The translations under genes were made by a program, and so were the position numbers. The notes under the pieces were generated by a model, which did no database searches, had not been told where the DNA came from, and was given only the letters and a program-made list of their open reading frames with translations. Shown one piece after another: positions 61,189-64,000 of a stretch of 64,000 nt of DNA. The first letter of the stretch is position 1. The number at the start of each line of letters is the position of its first letter. This DNA is from Candidatus Multivorans sp. (GTDB lineage: Bacteria > Acidobacteriota > Thermoanaerobaculia > Multivoradales > Multivoraceae): the NCBI GenBank assembly GCA_965247095.1, contig OZ251997.1:352001-416000 (forward strand). Direction: 5' to 3'.

Positions 61189-62040
61189 GTGACGCAACCC
61201 CTCGAAGCGGCAGCGCCGACGCGTACGCTGGAGGCGCCGTACTACCTGCCCGTCGGCAACGAGGTCGAGCTGTTCCTGGCCGCTTACCGGGCACGGCTGC
61301 CGGTGCTGCTCAAGGGGCCGACTGGTTGCGGCAAGACCCGGTTCCTGGAACACATGACGCACCGCGTCTACCGCGGCGGTGAAGCCGGGACACGAGCCCG
61401 TATCGAACAGCCCTTAGTGACGGTCGCCTGCCACGAGGACCTCACCGCCACGGACCTGGTGGGCCGGTACCTGCTGGAGGGCGACGACACGGTCTGGATG
61501 GACGGCCCGCTGACGCGGGCGGTGCGCGACGGGTCGATCTGCTATCTGGACGAGATCGTCGAGGCGCGCAAGGACACGACGGTGCTGATCCACGCGCTGA
61601 CGGACCACCGGCGCATCCTGCCGATCGAGAAGCGGGGCGAGATCCTGCCCGCGCACCCCGATTTTCTGCTCGTTTTGTCGTACAACCCGGGCTACCAGAG
61701 CGTCGCCAAGGACCTGAAGCCCAGCACGCGCCAGCGCTTCGTGGCGCTCGAGTTCGACTACCCGCCGCCGGAGATCGAAGCCGAGATCATCGCGCACGAG
61801 GCGGACGTCGACGTGACGCTGGCCCGCGACCTGGCCGAACTCGGCAAGCGCATTCGCAACCTGCATCACCGCGGCTTCGACGAAGGGGTCAGCACCCGGC
61901 TGCTGATCTACACGGCTCAGTTGATCGTGGGCGGCATCAGTGTGCGCGAGGCGTGCGTTGCCGCGATCTGCCGGGCGATCACCGACGACGACGAAGTCCA
62001 GCGCGCGGTGACTGAGGTCGCGTCGACTCTCCTGTCTTGA
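61189..62040 (+). CDS. CbbQ/NirQ/NorQ-type MoxR AAA+ ATPase
   Basis: [49 protein letters not shown]. Confidence 0.92.
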   Translation: MTQPLEAAAPTRTLEAPYYLPVGNEVELFLAAYRARLPVLLKGPTGCGKTRFLEHMTHRVYRGGEAGTRARIEQPLVTVACHEDLTATDLVGRYLLEGDDTVWMDGPLTRAVRDGSICYLDEIVEARKDTTVLIHALTDHRRILPIEKRGEILPAHPDFLLVLSYNPGYQSVAKDLKPSTRQRFVALEFDYPPPEIEAEIIAHEADVDVTLARDLAELGKRIRNLHHRGFDEGVSTRLLIYTAQLIVGGISVREACVAAICRAITDDDEVQRAVTEVASTLLS

Positions 62041-64000
62041 CCGCCGTAGAACTCGACGACATCGGACGCATCCTCGAGATCTACGTCGAGGCGATGCTGG
62101 CGCGTCCGGCCGAGGTCCGTCCGCTCGCCGATCTGTCGACCGGCGACCGGTCGCGCGGCGGCCACGTCGACCTCGAAGGCGCCGCCGCCGCGGGCCGCCC
62201 GACGACCGACGGCGCGGCCTTCTACCTGCCGGAGCGGATCGCGCGCTTTCCCGACCGCTACGGGAACTTCATGGTCTACCGGATGGCGGTGTTGCACCAG
62301 TTGGGCGGTGTCTTGTTCGGCACCTACCGCCGCGGCCCCGTCCGGTTCGCCGACTTCTTCGCCGGGTTCGAGGAGCCAGGCCTGGCCCGGGCGCTGTTTG
62401 CGCGACTCGAAGGGGCGCGGATCGACGCCGCCCTGGCGCGTACGTTCCGGGGCGTCCGCCGCGACCTGCTGCGGCTGATCGACGACGCCCTGGAGTCGTC
62501 GCCGGCGCCTCCGTCGAGGCCTCGGCGGCGACATCGGCGCCGCGAAGCGGCTCTGTTCGAGCTGGCCGGCTCGCTGCTGGAGGCCCAGCGCGCGCTACTG
62601 ACGGTGCCCGCATCCGGCGCCGGACTACGCCACGGAGGCGACCTCCCGGTCGAAGCCGCGTCCCTGCTCCAACCCGGCGCCACCGTCGAGGACACCCGAG
62701 GGGCGGTGCGCGCTCTCTATCCGGCGCTCGCTGCCCTGCGTTCAAGCGGCATCCTGGCCGACCCCGGCGTGCCGGCCGACGATGCCCGCGCGGAAGATCG
62801 TCGCCAGGAGCCCGACGCGGACCCCGTCCCGCAGTCCCTCGAAGTACCGGCGCCGGCCCACCACGGCGACCCGGCGCCGGAGCGGGTCGAGCTGCGAGGC
62901 GAGTGGGCCGAACTTGCCGCCGAGGTCGAACTGCGGGACGACGTGGCGCCGGGCCCGGTGGCCTCGGGCATGCTGGACCAGTTGCAGGTCGACGAGCTCG
63001 GCGTGCTCAGCCTCCAGGACGGTGACCTCTCGGGTACGGCCGGACTGCCGCTCACCGACCTGGACGTCACCGGGGCGATCGAGGCCGAGGCCGGCGACAC
63101 GGACGGCGAGCCGATCGAACTCGACCCCGAAGAGCTTGCCGCCCGCCTGGAAGAACTATCGAAGCGGCTCGAACGCGAGCTCGAGGCGGCGGGCTTGAAC
63201 CGCGACCGCGAGCAGGTCCACTACTACGACGAATGGGACCACGAACTCGCCGGTTACCGTCGCCGCTGGTGCCACCTCAGGGAGAAGACAATCGAACCGC
63301 CATCCACCGACGGCGGCGGCGACACCGCGGTCTCGGGTCACCGATTCGTCGACGAGACGAGACACCACCATGCCGACCTGCTGCGGCGCGTGCGACGCCA
63401 GTTCGAGTTGCTCAAGCCGGAGGAGTTCCGGCGCGTGCGGCGGCTGATCGAAGGCGAGGAACTCGACCTCGACCGGGTGGTGGAGACCCACGTCGACCGC
63501 CGCGCCGGCCGTCCGCCGGACGGCGCCGTCTACATGAGCCGCCGCCGCCAGCACCGCGACGTGGCGGCGGCGTTCCTGCTCGACATGAGCGCTTCGACCG
63601 ACGCCGAGGCGCCGACCTGTGAGCCGGAACCCGTTCCCGGCAAGACCCCGGCGCCCGAGTACGTGGGCGTCTTCGACGACTTCGACTGGCCCGACAATCC
63701 GCAGCCCCTGCCGCCCGGCCGCCGGGTGATCGACATCGAGAAGGAGTCCCTGGTGCTGATGGCCGATGCGCTCGAGACCCTGGGCGACGACTACGCGATC
63801 TACGGCTTCTCCGGGTTCGGCCGCAAGGAGGTCGACTTTTTCGTCGCCAAGGAGTTCGACGATGACCTCAACCGCGAGACCGAGGACCGGATCGCGGCGA
63901 TGGAACCGAAGCGCAGCACCCGGATGGGGCCGGCGATCCGCCACGCCGCAGTGAAGCTCGCCGAGCGCGAGGCGAGGGTCAAGGTGCTGCTGATCCTCTC
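62037..64000 (+). CDS. NorD/CbbO-type VWA adaptor protein, 3'-truncated by the window edge (absent from the ORF track)
   Basis: TTG62037 overlaps the ATPase stop; [20 protein letters not shown] (MIDAS), STRMG, ends KVLLILS. Confidence 0.88.
   Translation, partial: MTAVELDDIGRILEIYVEAMLARPAEVRPLADLSTGDRSRGGHVDLEGAAAAGRPTTDGAAFYLPERIARFPDRYGNFMVYRMAVLHQLGGVLFGTYRRGPVRFADFFAGFEEPGLARALFARLEGARIDAALARTFRGVRRDLLRLIDDALESSPAPPSRPRRRHRRREAALFELAGSLLEAQRALLTVPASGAGLRHGGDLPVEAASLLQPGATVEDTRGAVRALYPALAALRSSGILADPGVPADDARAEDRRQEPDADPVPQSLEVPAPAHHGDPAPERVELRGEWAELAAEVELRDDVAPGPVASGMLDQLQVDELGVLSLQDGDLSGTAGLPLTDLDVTGAIEAEAGDTDGEPIELDPEELAARLEELSKRLERELEAAGLNRDREQVHYYDEWDHELAGYRRRWCHLREKTIEPPSTDGGGDTAVSGHRFVDETRHHHADLLRRVRRQFELLKPEEFRRVRRLIEGEELDLDRVVETHVDRRAGRPPDGAVYMSRRRQHRDVAAAFLLDMSASTDAEAPTCEPEPVPGKTPAPEYVGVFDDFDWPDNPQPLPPGRRVIDIEKESLVLMADALETLGDDYAIYGFSGFGRKEVDFFVAKEFDDDLNRETEDRIAAMEPKRSTRMGPAIRHAAVKLAEREARVKVLLIL

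Overview
A high-GC, gene-dense stretch of bacterial chromosome with about 50 CDSs. I found no rRNA, tRNA, CRISPR array, integrase or transposase. A GWxTD/VWA protein and a stand-alone 'EVLLKVLDGC..N...WV' domain suggest Acidobacteriota, probably Thermoanaerobaculia-like (inference). Content is mostly catabolic or periplasmic enzymes: four LLM oxidoreductases, peptidases, esterase, sulfatase-like hydrolase, copper amine oxidase and beta-oxidation enzymes. There is also a nitrogen-control locus (vapBC-glnE convergent with amtB-glnK), trkA/trkH, and a phhB-norQ-norD-type operon running off the right end. Main points of interest: (1) two paralogous secreted heme-c/PHM-type dicopper monooxygenases plus a PAL-like NHL lipoprotein; (2) a GlnE with an inserted GlnD-type ACT pair, next to a PII protein with Glu at the Tyr51 modification site, and translationally coupled behind a VapBC module; (3) a three-copy, 69-97 bp multi-hairpin intergenic repeat with compensatory changes; (4) about ten genes with a leaderless TAnnnT-N6-9-start architecture, one implying a CTG start; (5) a collapsed outer-membrane-protein pseudogene and a frameshifted amidase. 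All functional calls come from motif recognition by eye; no database search was run.
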